41,811 nucleotides of DNA. Origin: Bradymonadales bacterium (GTDB taxonomy: Bacteria; Bdellovibrionota; UBA2394). This document shows, piece by piece, positions 10,156-19,760 of the stretch. The DNA lies in the NCBI GenBank assembly GCA_007693605.1, contig REDG01000031.1, positions 1 to 41,811 of the forward strand, given 5' to 3'. The notes beneath the pieces were generated by a model, which worked only from the letters and a program-made list of their open reading frames with translations, ran no database searches and had not been told where the DNA came from. The translations under genes and the position numbers were made by a program. Every line of letters starts with the position of its first letter. Within the stretch, counting starts at the first letter, position 1.

Positions 10156-10866
10156 GTGATCTTTAAGAGATCCATTCTTGCTTTTATCGTCTTCTCTCCA
10201 ATTCTATCAATCGGTGAAGTCCGTGGCGGGCTCTTTGACCGTATTGATGGAAAGGCCGAAGTTGTGGGTGGCCCAGAGGCCATCGAGTTACCTTCCTGGC
10301 TTTTGCAAAGCTCCTTTCAAGTCGAACAGCGAATTGAAACCTACTTTGATGGCAGCGAAGAGGCTCAAGGCCTGGTTCATCGCTCAGAGACAAGAGAGAG
10401 TTTGGTTTTTCAAAATGATGAGCACTGGCGACTTCGTCGAGTCCTCCCCTTTTCGGGAAGCTCCAGAGAAATTCTCCGCCGACCGGAGGGCTTCTACAAC
10501 CTGACATCGAGTCAACGAAAAATTCCCAGCCCAGAAACTTATCCTCCAAAGATCTGGCAATCCCTCATTGTCTTCCCGTTTGAGCTGGCACAGCGCTGGG
10601 GCTTCTCGACGGACGAGCGAACTTGGGCGGAGTGGTTTGAGAGAGCTCAATCGAATGCCGGAGAGTGGAGCAATGTTGACGGCGACCAGATGCGAGTGTC
10701 GTACCAAGCCGAAGGTGAAGAGAGACAGCTTCGGATTAGCTTTGATGGACGGCTAAGCTTTCCGCCTACTCTCAAGATGAGAGTTCGTGGAGAGTGGCAG
10801 ATAGAGTTAGGAAAAGAAATTTCAGACAAGATGCTGCAGACCGCTTTGAATGGAGGTTCAAACTAA
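10156..10866 (+). CDS. Hypothetical exported protein
   Basis: GTG start giving a signal-like N-terminus (KRSILAFIVFSPILSIGEVRG); overlaps the nadD start; family not recognised. Confidence 0.65.
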   Translation: MIFKRSILAFIVFSPILSIGEVRGGLFDRIDGKAEVVGGPEAIELPSWLLQSSFQVEQRIETYFDGSEEAQGLVHRSETRESLVFQNDEHWRLRRVLPFSGSSREILRRPEGFYNLTSSQRKIPSPETYPPKIWQSLIVFPFELAQRWGFSTDERTWAEWFERAQSNAGEWSNVDGDQMRVSYQAEGEERQLRISFDGRLSFPPTLKMRVRGEWQIELGKEISDKMLQTALNGGSN

Positions 10867-11503
10867 AGGAATGCCCAATCGTGACGCTCTCTTTGGCGGC
10901 AGCTTCGACCCTCCCCACAAGGCTCATATTCAATGCCTTCAACAACTTCTTGAGTCCGGCAATTTTGATCGGATTTTTGTGATTCCCAGCAAATTCCCTC
11001 CAGGTAAAGAGGCGACGGCCCCCTTCGAGACTCGCTTGGCTTGGGTGAAGGACTGCTTTAAGGAGCCTGGTTTCGAGGTGCTTGAATGGGAGGCTCCTGC
11101 CACGCAGAGCGTTTTTGCCAAAGAGATTGTTGAGAAATTTCAGCGCAAGTACCGGAATTCAAGACTTTTTTGGATTCTGGGAGAAGATCAGTTTTCTCAG
11201 CTTGAGTTCTGGCAGCAGATCGACTCTTATGCCGGAAGCTTAGAGTGGTTTGTGCTTCCGAGAGGCTCTTCAACAGAGGCTCGGGCTGCTGGAATTTTAA
11301 GCAAAAGATTGCTAGCCTCCTCTTGCTCCTATGAATGGGCATTGAATACGGCCCGACTTGAGCTCTCTTCGACAGAGATTCGAGAGCGCTGTTCAAAACC
11401 GAGAGCAGAGCAAGACGAGGATCTAAGGGATGCATTGCATCCAGCAATTTGGAAGTCTGTCATTCAAACATATCGAGATATTCGAAAAGGAGGTCAAACT
11501 TGA
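10850..11503 (+). CDS. nadD: Nicotinate-nucleotide adenylyltransferase
   Basis: LFGGSFDPPHKAH, FWILGED, LSSTEIR; synteny with rsfS-rlmH. Confidence 0.9.
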   Translation: MEVQTKGMPNRDALFGGSFDPPHKAHIQCLQQLLESGNFDRIFVIPSKFPPGKEATAPFETRLAWVKDCFKEPGFEVLEWEAPATQSVFAKEIVEKFQRKYRNSRLFWILGEDQFSQLEFWQQIDSYAGSLEWFVLPRGSSTEARAAGILSKRLLASSCSYEWALNTARLELSSTEIRERCSKPRAEQDEDLRDALHPAIWKSVIQTYRDIRKGGQT

Positions 11504-11898
11504 GAAGAGAGCCTACTGAGACACACAAAGAGTCGAGCCATGATCTAGCCTGTTGGATTGCTCAACAATTGGATCGTAAGGGAGGACGAGAGGTCTCTGT
11601 GATTCAGATCGAAGGTCAAAGTGTGGTGGCCGATTTTCTAGTCATTGCGACGGGGACAAGTTCTCGGCATATGCAAAGTCTTTTGGACTCCCCTTGTGTG
11701 GAACTCAAGAAGTTGGGCTACCCTCCCATGAGTGTTGATACCGAGGGAAGTCATTGGTACTTGGCCGATTTGGGGGATGTGGTTATCCATGTTTTCGACG
11801 AAGAAGGCCGTCGCTATTTTGACTTAGAGGGTTTTTTGGCAAAGGCGCCTCGAGTGGATTGGGCTGAGGGAGAGGTTCTGAAGAGTCGAGTCAAGTGA
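11500..11898 (+). CDS. rsfS: Ribosome silencing factor (iojap)
   Basis: ADFLVIATGTSSRH, WYLADLGDVVIHVF, RRYFDLE; TTG start after AAGGAGG, TTGA overlap with nadD stop. Confidence 0.92.
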   Translation: MRREPTETHKESSHDLACWIAQQLDRKGGREVSVIQIEGQSVVADFLVIATGTSSRHMQSLLDSPCVELKKLGYPPMSVDTEGSHWYLADLGDVVIHVFDEEGRRYFDLEGFLAKAPRVDWAEGEVLKSRVK

Positions 11899-12323
11899 TC
11901 CGGGTCACTTGCTTTGGGGGCGAGATCACAGATTCCCTTCAAGTCTATCTCGACCGAATTTCAAAACAGATTTCGATCGAGTGGAAAATTTTAAAAATCA
12001 AGAAGCAAACTTCTGAGCAGGGCTCTGAGCCCCTCAACGAAGAAAAGGCGTTTCTGAAATCTCAAGAAGGCCGAGCTTGGGTCGCCCTGACCGTGGAGGG
12101 ACAGAAAATGAACTCCATGGAATTCTACCAATGGCTTTTTCAAAAAAAGCGACACTTAGTGATCGGTCCCGCCGCTGGCTTTCACCCTAAGACTTTGGCG
12201 GCAGCGGAGTCGAAGCTCTCTCTTTCTCCCCTCACATTCACCCACCAAACCGCCCAACTCATGCTGGCAGAAAGCCTTTACCGCTCCGTCTGCATCCACT
12301 TCAATCACCCCTTCGCGAAGTGA
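11895..12323 (+). CDS. rlmH: 23S rRNA m3Psi1915 SPOUT methyltransferase (divergent)
   Basis: LVIGPAAG, LSLSPLTFTH, LAESLYRS, HPF; position after rsfS. Confidence 0.85.
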   Translation: MIRVTCFGGEITDSLQVYLDRISKQISIEWKILKIKKQTSEQGSEPLNEEKAFLKSQEGRAWVALTVEGQKMNSMEFYQWLFQKKRHLVIGPAAGFHPKTLAAAESKLSLSPLTFTHQTAQLMLAESLYRSVCIHFNHPFAK

Positions 12324-12485
12324 ATCTCTCAGCCAACAACGGACGGACCAGAAATGGAGCGCCCGCCTTCCGCCGGCCTCTCCCTGCCCTGAGACCCAGT
12401 CTAGAACTATGTCTACTGCCGCTGCGGAATTGGAGATCGTTTCCATTCACAGATCAGGTGACCTGAAACTCCCAAACGGCCTCAA

Positions 12486-14333
12486 TCAGCTCGACTGGCT
12501 TGCGGTCGCTTGACGATCTTCTGGGGGATACATGGACTCGATTTGGTCTCTGAAATTTTCTTGAATCACTCGCCGTTTCAACTTCATAGAGGGCGTGAGC
12601 TCGTTCTTTTCAATGCTGAAGGGACGATCGATTAACCGAAAATACTTGATGGTCGCGTAACGGCCGAGGTCTTTGTTTACCTCGTCCAAGATTTCTTGAA
12701 AGCGATCTTGAACGGCTTTGGATTCCACACAGTCTCGAACGCTCTTTAACGAACCCGAGACGCCCGAAGCTTTTGAACGAGCCCAAGACTGACAAATTTC
12801 TAAATTGGGGACAATCAGAGCCGTCAAATACTTTCGCTGATCTCCGATCACGCACACCTGCTCTGCAAAGGGAAAGCTCTTGATCTTGTTCTCAATCGGT
12901 TGAGGGGCAATATTCTTTCCTGCGGCGGTGATAATGATCTCTTTCTTTCGATCAGTAATCGAGAGATAGCCCTCTCCGTCGAGCTTTCCAATATCTCCGG
13001 TCTTGAAAAATCCATCCTCGGTAAAAACTTCCTCTGTCTGCTCGGGCCGACGAAAATAGCCCTTCATCAACTGCGGTCCTCGAACCAGAATCTCTCCGTC
13101 TTCGGCGATCTTGAACTCGGTGTCATCAAAAGCCAAACCGACGGTACCGAATCGAATCTTGCCCGGACGATTTACCGAGAGGATCATGGTTTCCGAAAGT
13201 CCATAGCCTTCCAAAATCACAATCCCCATTTGAAAGAAAAATTCAGCGATCTCTTTCGAAAGCGGTGCCCCCCCGCTTACAAAAAACTTTAACCGACCTC
13301 CTGTGATGGCCCGAATCTTCTTGAAAACCAAAAGATTCGCCAGAGTCATGGGTAGCTGCAGCGAAAGAGGCAGATCCTCTTCTTTTAGGCGATAGGGAAC
13401 GGTTCTCTTTCCAATTTCAAAACTCAGTCGAGCGACGAGCCTCTTGGCGACCGAACTCTCTCTCAACTTCTCTTGAACCTTGACGAACATCTTCTCAAAC
13501 ACTCGAGGAACGCCGATCATCATATCCGGTCGAATCTCTGCAATATTCTCGACCAGTTTTTCAATGCTCTCGGCAAAGCAGACTTTGATCCCAATCAATA
13601 CGACCGTCGTCTGCAAAGAGCGCTCGTAGATATGACTGAGCGGTAAAAAACTCATGGTCAGCGAAAGTTCCTCCAAGGGAATCGCATTGTGCATTTGATG
13701 GATGTTTGCCGTGAAGGCCTTCTGAGTGAGTTCGACCCCCTTCGGCTCGCCCGTAGTCCCCGAAGTGTAGAGCAAAATGGACCGAGACTCCGGATCCACC
13801 TCTAATGCGAGTTGTGAGGCCTCTTCAACGCTAAGGGAGTCTTTTAAGAACTCCTTCTCTTTTAAGACGGGAACACCCGCCTTCTCTTTTGGCATTCCAT
13901 CGAAATCATCCCAAAGCACGACGGCTTTTACCGACGGGTAACGCCCCAGATCCCCAAGCTTTTCAAAAAGCTCTTGATTCGAACAGAAAATGAACTTGGC
14001 CTCACACTCATTCAGAATGTGTTCAATATCTGAGGTCGAGCTGGTGGTATAGATGGCGGTGGTCGAACCTCCTAGCCACTGAGCCGCCCAATCCGTTAAA
14101 GTCCACTCTTCTCGATTCTCGGCGAGCAAACAAACACAATCCCCCTTCTGAAAACCCAAGGCTCTCAGACCCGCCATCGCCTTGCGAATATATTCAAAAC
14201 ACTCTCTTGCGCTTCGATCAATCCATCGACCATTTCGCTTGCTGGCAAAAACAATATGATGGGGCTCTCTCTGAAGAAACTGACTCAAAAGAGCGGGAAC
14301 CGTCTTTCCACTTAATTTCTGACTCTGATTCAA
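12486..14333 (-). CDS. fadD: Long-chain fatty acid-CoA ligase (AMP-binding)
   Basis: YTSGTTGEPKG, FLPLSHIYER, GYGLSET, FKTGDIG, ELTPSMKLKR; TTG start with TTGA overlap to the upstream gene. Confidence 0.9.
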   Translation of the reverse strand: MNQSQKLSGKTVPALLSQFLQREPHHIVFASKRNGRWIDRSARECFEYIRKAMAGLRALGFQKGDCVCLLAENREEWTLTDWAAQWLGGSTTAIYTTSSTSDIEHILNECEAKFIFCSNQELFEKLGDLGRYPSVKAVVLWDDFDGMPKEKAGVPVLKEKEFLKDSLSVEEASQLALEVDPESRSILLYTSGTTGEPKGVELTQKAFTANIHQMHNAIPLEELSLTMSFLPLSHIYERSLQTTVVLIGIKVCFAESIEKLVENIAEIRPDMMIGVPRVFEKMFVKVQEKLRESSVAKRLVARLSFEIGKRTVPYRLKEEDLPLSLQLPMTLANLLVFKKIRAITGGRLKFFVSGGAPLSKEIAEFFFQMGIVILEGYGLSETMILSVNRPGKIRFGTVGLAFDDTEFKIAEDGEILVRGPQLMKGYFRRPEQTEEVFTEDGFFKTGDIGKLDGEGYLSITDRKKEIIITAAGKNIAPQPIENKIKSFPFAEQVCVIGDQRKYLTALIVPNLEICQSWARSKASGVSGSLKSVRDCVESKAVQDRFQEILDEVNKDLGRYATIKYFRLIDRPFSIEKNELTPSMKLKRRVIQENFRDQIESMYPPEDRQATASQSS

Positions 14334-16333
14334 TCCACCGCCTCCGCAATCACTTCTGCCAAATCCTGTACCACAATATCTTCTCTTTCTTTCGATTTTA
14401 GGCCATCTGTGATCATTGTCATACAAAAAGGGCAGCCAACTCCCACCCTTTTGGCCCCCGATTGAATGATCTCATCGGCTCGATTGGCGTTGATGCGAGT
14501 TCCTGTGGTCTCTTCCAACCACATCCGACCGCCTCCGGCACCGCAGCAAAAACCCTTGTCTCGGCTTCGAGGCATCTCAATGAGCTTCTTCTCACTCACA
14601 GATTGCAGGGCTCGCCGCGGCTGGTCGTAAATGTCATTGTATCGGCCGATATAGCAAGAGTCATGGTAGGTCAGCGAGTCAGAGACCGACTTCTTGGGCT
14701 GAATGCGACCCTCCTGGATCAGGGAGTCAAGCACTTCGGAGTGATGAATCACCTCATACTGCCCGCCAAAGGCCGGGTACTCGTTTTTTAGAGTGTTGAA
14801 ACAATGCGGGCAGGAAGTGATGACTTTCTTAACTGCCTTTCCGTTCAGAAGCTCTACGGTGGTCTGCATCATCTGCTGAGCCAACCACTCATTGCCCATT
14901 CTTCGTGCCGTCTCGCCATTGCACTTCTCTTCTTTGCCCAAAATTCCGAATTTGACCTCCGCCTTTTTCAAAAGTTTAATGACCGAATCCACCACTTTGC
15001 GGTTTCTCTCGTCAAAACTTCCCGCGCATCCGATGTAATAGAGATAGTCAAAGTCTTCAGAGTTCTCAAACAGGGGAACCCCCTGCTGCACGAGCCAGTC
15101 TTGTCGGCTCTCTTCAGACAGACCCCAGGGGTTCGAGCTGGTTTCAAAGTTGCGGAAAACATTTGTGGCCTCGTCGGGGTTCGAGCCCCGATTCAATACC
15201 AGCGCTCGCCTCATCTCGACAATCGCATCGACATGGTCAATCATCACGGGGCAGGCCTCCACACAGGCGCCACAGGTCGTACAATCCCAAACAAACTGAT
15301 CACTAAAGGTGTTGGGCACTAAAGTCTCTTCTTGTAGCGCTGCTAAGGCTGCATTCCCTTCAATATTTTGTTGATACAAAGATTTGCGCCGCGTCGCTGC
15401 CGCCCTCAGATCAATCATTAGGGTTTTCGGCTTCAAGGCCTTTCCTGTCGAAGCCGTCGGACAAAACTCGTTGCAGCGACCACATTCAGTGCAAGCAAAA
15501 GCGTCCAAAAGACTGGTCCAAGGCAGATTCTCTACTCTCTCCGCCCCGAACTCTTCAATGCTTTCGTCTTCTAGGTCTGGAGTGCTGAGCTCACCGCGGG
15601 CTTTGACTTTGCTGAAAAAGACATTCGGAAAGGCGAGAATCACATGCAGATGCTTTGAAAACGGAAGGTAGTTTAGAAAGACCAAGACAATCAGCAAGTG
15701 AAGCCACCAAGATGCCTGATAGATCCAACCGCCTGTTGTCAGCTCAGGCAATACTCCCGCCAAAAGCGATGAAAAGACTTGAAAACTTGGAAGAGCCTTG
15801 TCACCGTAGTTTTGGATCTCGATGGCGTGGCAAAGAAGACTGGTCGCCACCAAACCCCCAATCAAAGCCAAGATGAAATAGGCATCGGCCCTCGACTTCG
15901 AGCTATTGTCTCGCATTCGCTGCGGCTTCACGACCAGGCGCCTCCAGAAGGCGACCAGAATGGCGGCCAGAACGAACGAGTTGAACCAGTCTTGACTCAA
16001 AAGAAAAAGCCCGTAACCCGTTCTTCCTAAAAAGTCGAACTTGCCCCCTCCCGTGAGACCCATATACATCCACTCCAAGGTCCCCGCACTTAGAATCACA
16101 AAGCCCCAAAAGATCAGAAAATGAATGAGCCCAGGCACTCCCTGCCGAAACAATTTCTTGTGAAGCACCACCTGATCGATCACCGCTTTCAGGCGAAGAT
16201 GGTAGGCGTTCCAAACATCCCGAGAGGCTCCCGCCAGAATGATCTGCAAAAGTTTCCAAAAATTATAAGAAAATAGACCAAAGGCCAAGACCAGCAAAAC
16301 TGCGGTCACCCACTGAGAGAGCACACCAACCAC
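14330..16333 (-). CDS. fadF: Membrane Fe-S oxidoreductase, FadF / ETF:menaquinone oxidoreductase-like
   Basis: N-terminal TM helices with His residues, CTECGRCNEFCP and CTTCGACVEACP, CCG domains (SCPHC, YHDSC, CCGAGGG, GCPFC). Confidence 0.88.
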   Translation of the reverse strand: MVGVLSQWVTAVLLVLAFGLFSYNFWKLLQIILAGASRDVWNAYHLRLKAVIDQVVLHKKLFRQGVPGLIHFLIFWGFVILSAGTLEWMYMGLTGGGKFDFLGRTGYGLFLLSQDWFNSFVLAAILVAFWRRLVVKPQRMRDNSSKSRADAYFILALIGGLVATSLLCHAIEIQNYGDKALPSFQVFSSLLAGVLPELTTGGWIYQASWWLHLLIVLVFLNYLPFSKHLHVILAFPNVFFSKVKARGELSTPDLEDESIEEFGAERVENLPWTSLLDAFACTECGRCNEFCPTASTGKALKPKTLMIDLRAAATRRKSLYQQNIEGNAALAALQEETLVPNTFSDQFVWDCTTCGACVEACPVMIDHVDAIVEMRRALVLNRGSNPDEATNVFRNFETSSNPWGLSEESRQDWLVQQGVPLFENSEDFDYLYYIGCAGSFDERNRKVVDSVIKLLKKAEVKFGILGKEEKCNGETARRMGNEWLAQQMMQTTVELLNGKAVKKVITSCPHCFNTLKNEYPAFGGQYEVIHHSEVLDSLIQEGRIQPKKSVSDSLTYHDSCYIGRYNDIYDQPRRALQSVSEKKLIEMPRSRDKGFCCGAGGGRMWLEETTGTRINANRADEIIQSGAKRVGVGCPFCMTMITDGLKSKEREDIVVQDLAEVIAEAVD

Positions 16334-16390
16334 CTTTCACAACCCAAGTTCAGAAAGAAAGCAGTGCTCGCCCTCTGAATTTGGAACAAC

Positions 16391-17347
16391 CTAAGCCAAC
16401 GACTTCTTGATTTCTTGAGTAATTGCCGGAACCAACTCGAACAGATCTCCCACCAAACCGTAATCGGCCTTCGAAAAAATTGGAGCGTCTGGATCTTTGT
16501 TGATCGCCACAATCACCTTGCTCGTTCGCATTCCTGCCAAATGCTGAATGGCTCCACTAATTCCGCATGCAATATAAAGCTTCGGGTTCACGGTCTTGCC
16601 GGTTTGTCCCACTTGCATTTCGTGAGGAGCCAGGCCTTCGTCAACTGCCGCCCTAGAAGCCCCCGCTGCCCCCCTCAAGGCATCAGCCAACTCAAAAATG
16701 ATCGAAAAATTTTCTTTCGATTTCAGGGAGCGGCCCCCACTCACCACCACCGAGGCCTCGGTGAGGTCGGGTCTTGTGGATTTTGCTTCTTTCTTTTCAA
16801 CAAACTGTAGCGGACTGTTTGCGAAGTCGAAGTCGACAGCCAGCTCTGTCACAGAACCTGACTGGGCTGGCAAATCCCCAACAACCAGAGAGTTCGGTCG
16901 AAGCGACACCACTTTCAGTTTCGCCTCCGGTTGAAACTCAATCTCAGCCAAGGCCTTTCCTGCGAAAAAGGGCTTCTTCAACTGAATTCCGGATTCCAAA
17001 GAAACAGCCGTGCAGTCTGCCACCACACTCGCAGCCTGCCGAGCCGCAATCTTCGGCAGCAGATCTTTCCCCAAAGCAGAAGCCGTTCCTAAAACAAGCT
17101 CAGGAGAAAACTTCTCGATCACTTCTTGAGCGGCTTTGGCGTAGGCTTCGGAGTGATAGAAGTCAAACTTTGCGTCTGAAACCCAAAACACCTCGGAGCA
17201 CTTTTCGGCCAAAGCTTCTGCGGCCGGTTTGGCCTGAGAGCCAAAAACAAGGGCCTTCACTTCATGGCCTTGGCTGGCTTGCAGTAACTCAAGAGCCACC
17301 GACTTCAATTTTCTCGAACTCTGTTCTGCTAGTATCAATATCTTCAT
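16391..17347 (-). CDS. etfA: Electron transfer flavoprotein alpha subunit
   Basis: VVSGGR, GASRAAVD, QVGQTGKTV, LYIACGISGAIQHLAGM. Confidence 0.97.
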   Translation of the reverse strand: MKILILAEQSSRKLKSVALELLQASQGHEVKALVFGSQAKPAAEALAEKCSEVFWVSDAKFDFYHSEAYAKAAQEVIEKFSPELVLGTASALGKDLLPKIAARQAASVVADCTAVSLESGIQLKKPFFAGKALAEIEFQPEAKLKVVSLRPNSLVVGDLPAQSGSVTELAVDFDFANSPLQFVEKKEAKSTRPDLTEASVVVSGGRSLKSKENFSIIFELADALRGAAGASRAAVDEGLAPHEMQVGQTGKTVNPKLYIACGISGAIQHLAGMRTSKVIVAINKDPDAPIFSKADYGLVGDLFELVPAITQEIKKSLA

Positions 17348-18126
17348 GACCCAATCACCTTGGCTTCCTCTTTCAATAGGCGAACAAGTTCTGCCGCCTG
17401 AGTGTTCATATCGCCCTCAATCATCTTCACCGCAGCCCGCTCGGAGGGAAGGCTCCAAGACCGCACTTTCCAGTCGGCCTGAACGCTCGGCAAAGGCACT
17501 TCTTTCACTTCTTTCTTTGCCGCTTTTCGGATGTTGATCAGAGAGGCCATTCGCATCTTGTTCAGGCCCTTGTTGGCCGTAATCAAGGCGGGTAGCTTCA
17601 GCTTGAAGATCTCTTTGGAGCCCCCATCCACCGCTCTTTCGACTTGAGCCATCTCTTTGCCCTCAAAATCAATCTTTGAAACCACGCCCACATGGGGAAT
17701 CTTCAAATGCTCAGCTAGCATCTGAGCGGTTGCATGAGAATCCGAATCGACGGCCTGCTTTCCCGCAAAAATCAAATGAAAGCCTTCTTCTTGGCAAACG
17801 GTCTTCAAAGCTTCTGAAACGCTCTTGGGGTCTGAGGCTTTTCCTTCTTCATCCAGAATGTGGACTCCCCGATCAAGACCCACGGCCAAAACATCCCTCA
17901 AAGCCTTTTGAGCCGCCTTAGGCCCCAAAAGAACGGCCACGGTCTCAACTTTTTGACCCGCCTTCTCCCAGATTTCTTTCGTCTTTAGAGCCTCTTCGAC
18001 TCCAAACTCATCGTAGGGGTTCACAACGAATTTGAGGCCAGAGGCATCGATTTGATCCCCCTGAAGCTGAATTTTTGAATTGGTATCTGGCACTTGTTTT
18101 ACAAGAACACCGATTTTTAATGTCAT
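17344..18126 (-). CDS. etfB: Electron transfer flavoprotein beta subunit
   Basis: LVKQVPDT, NPYDEFGVEEAL, AGKQAVDSD; ATGA overlap with etfA. Confidence 0.96.
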   Translation of the reverse strand: MTLKIGVLVKQVPDTNSKIQLQGDQIDASGLKFVVNPYDEFGVEEALKTKEIWEKAGQKVETVAVLLGPKAAQKALRDVLAVGLDRGVHILDEEGKASDPKSVSEALKTVCQEEGFHLIFAGKQAVDSDSHATAQMLAEHLKIPHVGVVSKIDFEGKEMAQVERAVDGGSKEIFKLKLPALITANKGLNKMRMASLINIRKAAKKEVKEVPLPSVQADWKVRSWSLPSERAAVKMIEGDMNTQAAELVRLLKEEAKVIGS

Positions 18127-18255
18127 AATCACCAAAATCTAACGATCTACGGGTCAGAGGTAAAGCCTTATGGCCCCCCCAAGTTCGTTGCCAGCTCAGG
18201 CCGACAGCCTCATTGAATTTCGACAGGGGAACGACTTGACGACCGGGCCCAGTTA

Positions 18256-18272
18256 ATGCAAACAATTTGCAT
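18256..18272. promoter_or_regulatory. Candidate Zur operator (7-3-7 palindrome)
   Basis: ATGCAAA-CAA-TTTGCAT perfect inverted repeat, resembling the Desulfovibrio-type Zur motif ATGCAACnnnGTTGCAT, upstream of a znu operon. Confidence 0.7.
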
Positions 18273-18369
18273 CTTTGTGGTGAGCCCTCCCCTCAGCATT
18301 CAAAGCCGTCACAGGCTCGGGGCCGCCCAAAGAACGAAAAACGAGAGCTTTAGAAGGAGAACCCCATCG

Positions 18370-19020
18370 ATGCGCAGATTCTATCAATTCAGCCTGTTCT
18401 TTTTACTGAGTACTCTGCCCGCTTTGGCCGTCGATCTTCAAAACATTGAGGATAAGCTCGCCGAACTACGACTTCCCTTGAAGGAACGAGTTCTGGGTAT
18501 GGAGTTGATTCTAAAGAAGCCAGAAGCCGAAGCGAAAGCGCAAAATCAAGGCTTTCTTTGGCGAGTCGTTTTAGAGACTGAAAGTGCGGGCGCACTCGGC
18601 CTAGAATATGACTGTGTCGTCGTGACGCTAGGGGCTCAGTCGGACTTCTCTTGTTTTTTTCAGCGCATCCTCAAGGCAGAGATTCCTCGAGTGCTGCGGC
18701 AGGATGCTAAGGTCTTAGAGCGCCCTCAGATTTTTAGAGCCTCGCACTTTGCCAAAGCCGTCTACGACGCTCTATATGACGACTCTGGATTTATCGCCTT
18801 TGCAGACCATCAGAAGAAGTCTGGTGACTGGACTCACATCTTGCTGGGGCAGTCGGGCCGAAACATTCTCACGAAGGTCGAATCCGAAGACCTGCAACAG
18901 TTTGGATACTCTCACTTTCACGCCGGCGAAGACTTTGACTGGCACTCCTATCGCGACGGGCGCCTGATTCCCCAAATTCCTCGCGTAGTGGAGCCCAACT
19001 CAGAAGAGGAGGGCTTTTGA
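18370..19020 (+). CDS. Exported hypothetical protein with C-terminal His cluster
   Basis: RBS AAGGAG; signal peptide MRRFYQFSLFFLLSTLPALA; YSHFHAGEDFDWH motif. Confidence 0.75.
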   Translation: MRRFYQFSLFFLLSTLPALAVDLQNIEDKLAELRLPLKERVLGMELILKKPEAEAKAQNQGFLWRVVLETESAGALGLEYDCVVVTLGAQSDFSCFFQRILKAEIPRVLRQDAKVLERPQIFRASHFAKAVYDALYDDSGFIAFADHQKKSGDWTHILLGQSGRNILTKVESEDLQQFGYSHFHAGEDFDWHSYRDGRLIPQIPRVVEPNSEEEGF

Positions 19021-19742
19021 AAAAGCTCTTCAGCACAATCCTGTTGGGAATGAGTGGGCTGATGCTTGGCTGCGGAGACGAACGACTCGCTCCGGATACA
19101 AACGAAGGTCAACCCAGGGGCTCGGAAACTTCTCAAGCCTCTGAGTCTTTTCAGGTCGAGCCCAACTCAGAGCAAACGCCAGAAGCTATCGCCTCCTATA
19201 AAGCTGGAGACGGATTTCAGTTCTCTGGCCTGCAGTTCAGGTTGCGGCGAGGTCAGGTGGCCCTCACCGAGAAAGGTCTTGAGGGAACGGGCCTCCTGTT
19301 GGTCAACGGTCCGCTGGCCCCATCCATTTATTCCGATGCGCTGATTTCTGTGGGCTTTGAGGTCTCAGACGAAGACTCCAGCTTTGCGGAATTGATGGCT
19401 TTTGTCAGGAATGATGCCTCTCAGGGCATTCGTCTGCGGATGAACTCCAGCTCTGTTATTCTGATTGGGCCCCAGGGACAGCTGACCGTCGTTCGAGAAA
19501 ATAGAACAAAGAGAGAGCTCTCTCTCGAGATTCATAACTCAGAAGATCCCAGCCATATCATTCTTTGGGATCAGTGGGAAGTGGGGCGCTTCACTGATGA
19601 GATTTTTGATTCAGCGCTGGATGCCGGCCCTTTAGGAAGCCGCGCCTTCGGTCGAGCTCGAGGAAATTTTTTCGGCGTGGAACTGAAGAATGCCACCCTC
19701 ACCCGAATCGAGAGAAGAAGCAGAATTGCCAGACCCCACTAA
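19017..19742 (+). CDS. Hypothetical beta-rich lipoprotein
   Basis: MKKLFSTILLGMSGLMLGC lipobox; TTGA overlap with the upstream stop; RBS GGAGG. Confidence 0.75.
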   Translation: MKKLFSTILLGMSGLMLGCGDERLAPDTNEGQPRGSETSQASESFQVEPNSEQTPEAIASYKAGDGFQFSGLQFRLRRGQVALTEKGLEGTGLLLVNGPLAPSIYSDALISVGFEVSDEDSSFAELMAFVRNDASQGIRLRMNSSSVILIGPQGQLTVVRENRTKRELSLEIHNSEDPSHIILWDQWEVGRFTDEIFDSALDAGPLGSRAFGRARGNFFGVELKNATLTRIERRSRIARPH

Positions 19743-19760
19743 ACTGACGAGAAAGCCTCC

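Noticed and set aside
18256..18369. Upstream ATG for the first zinc-operon gene
   Set aside because: That ATG is part of the operator palindrome; RBS and signal peptide support 18370
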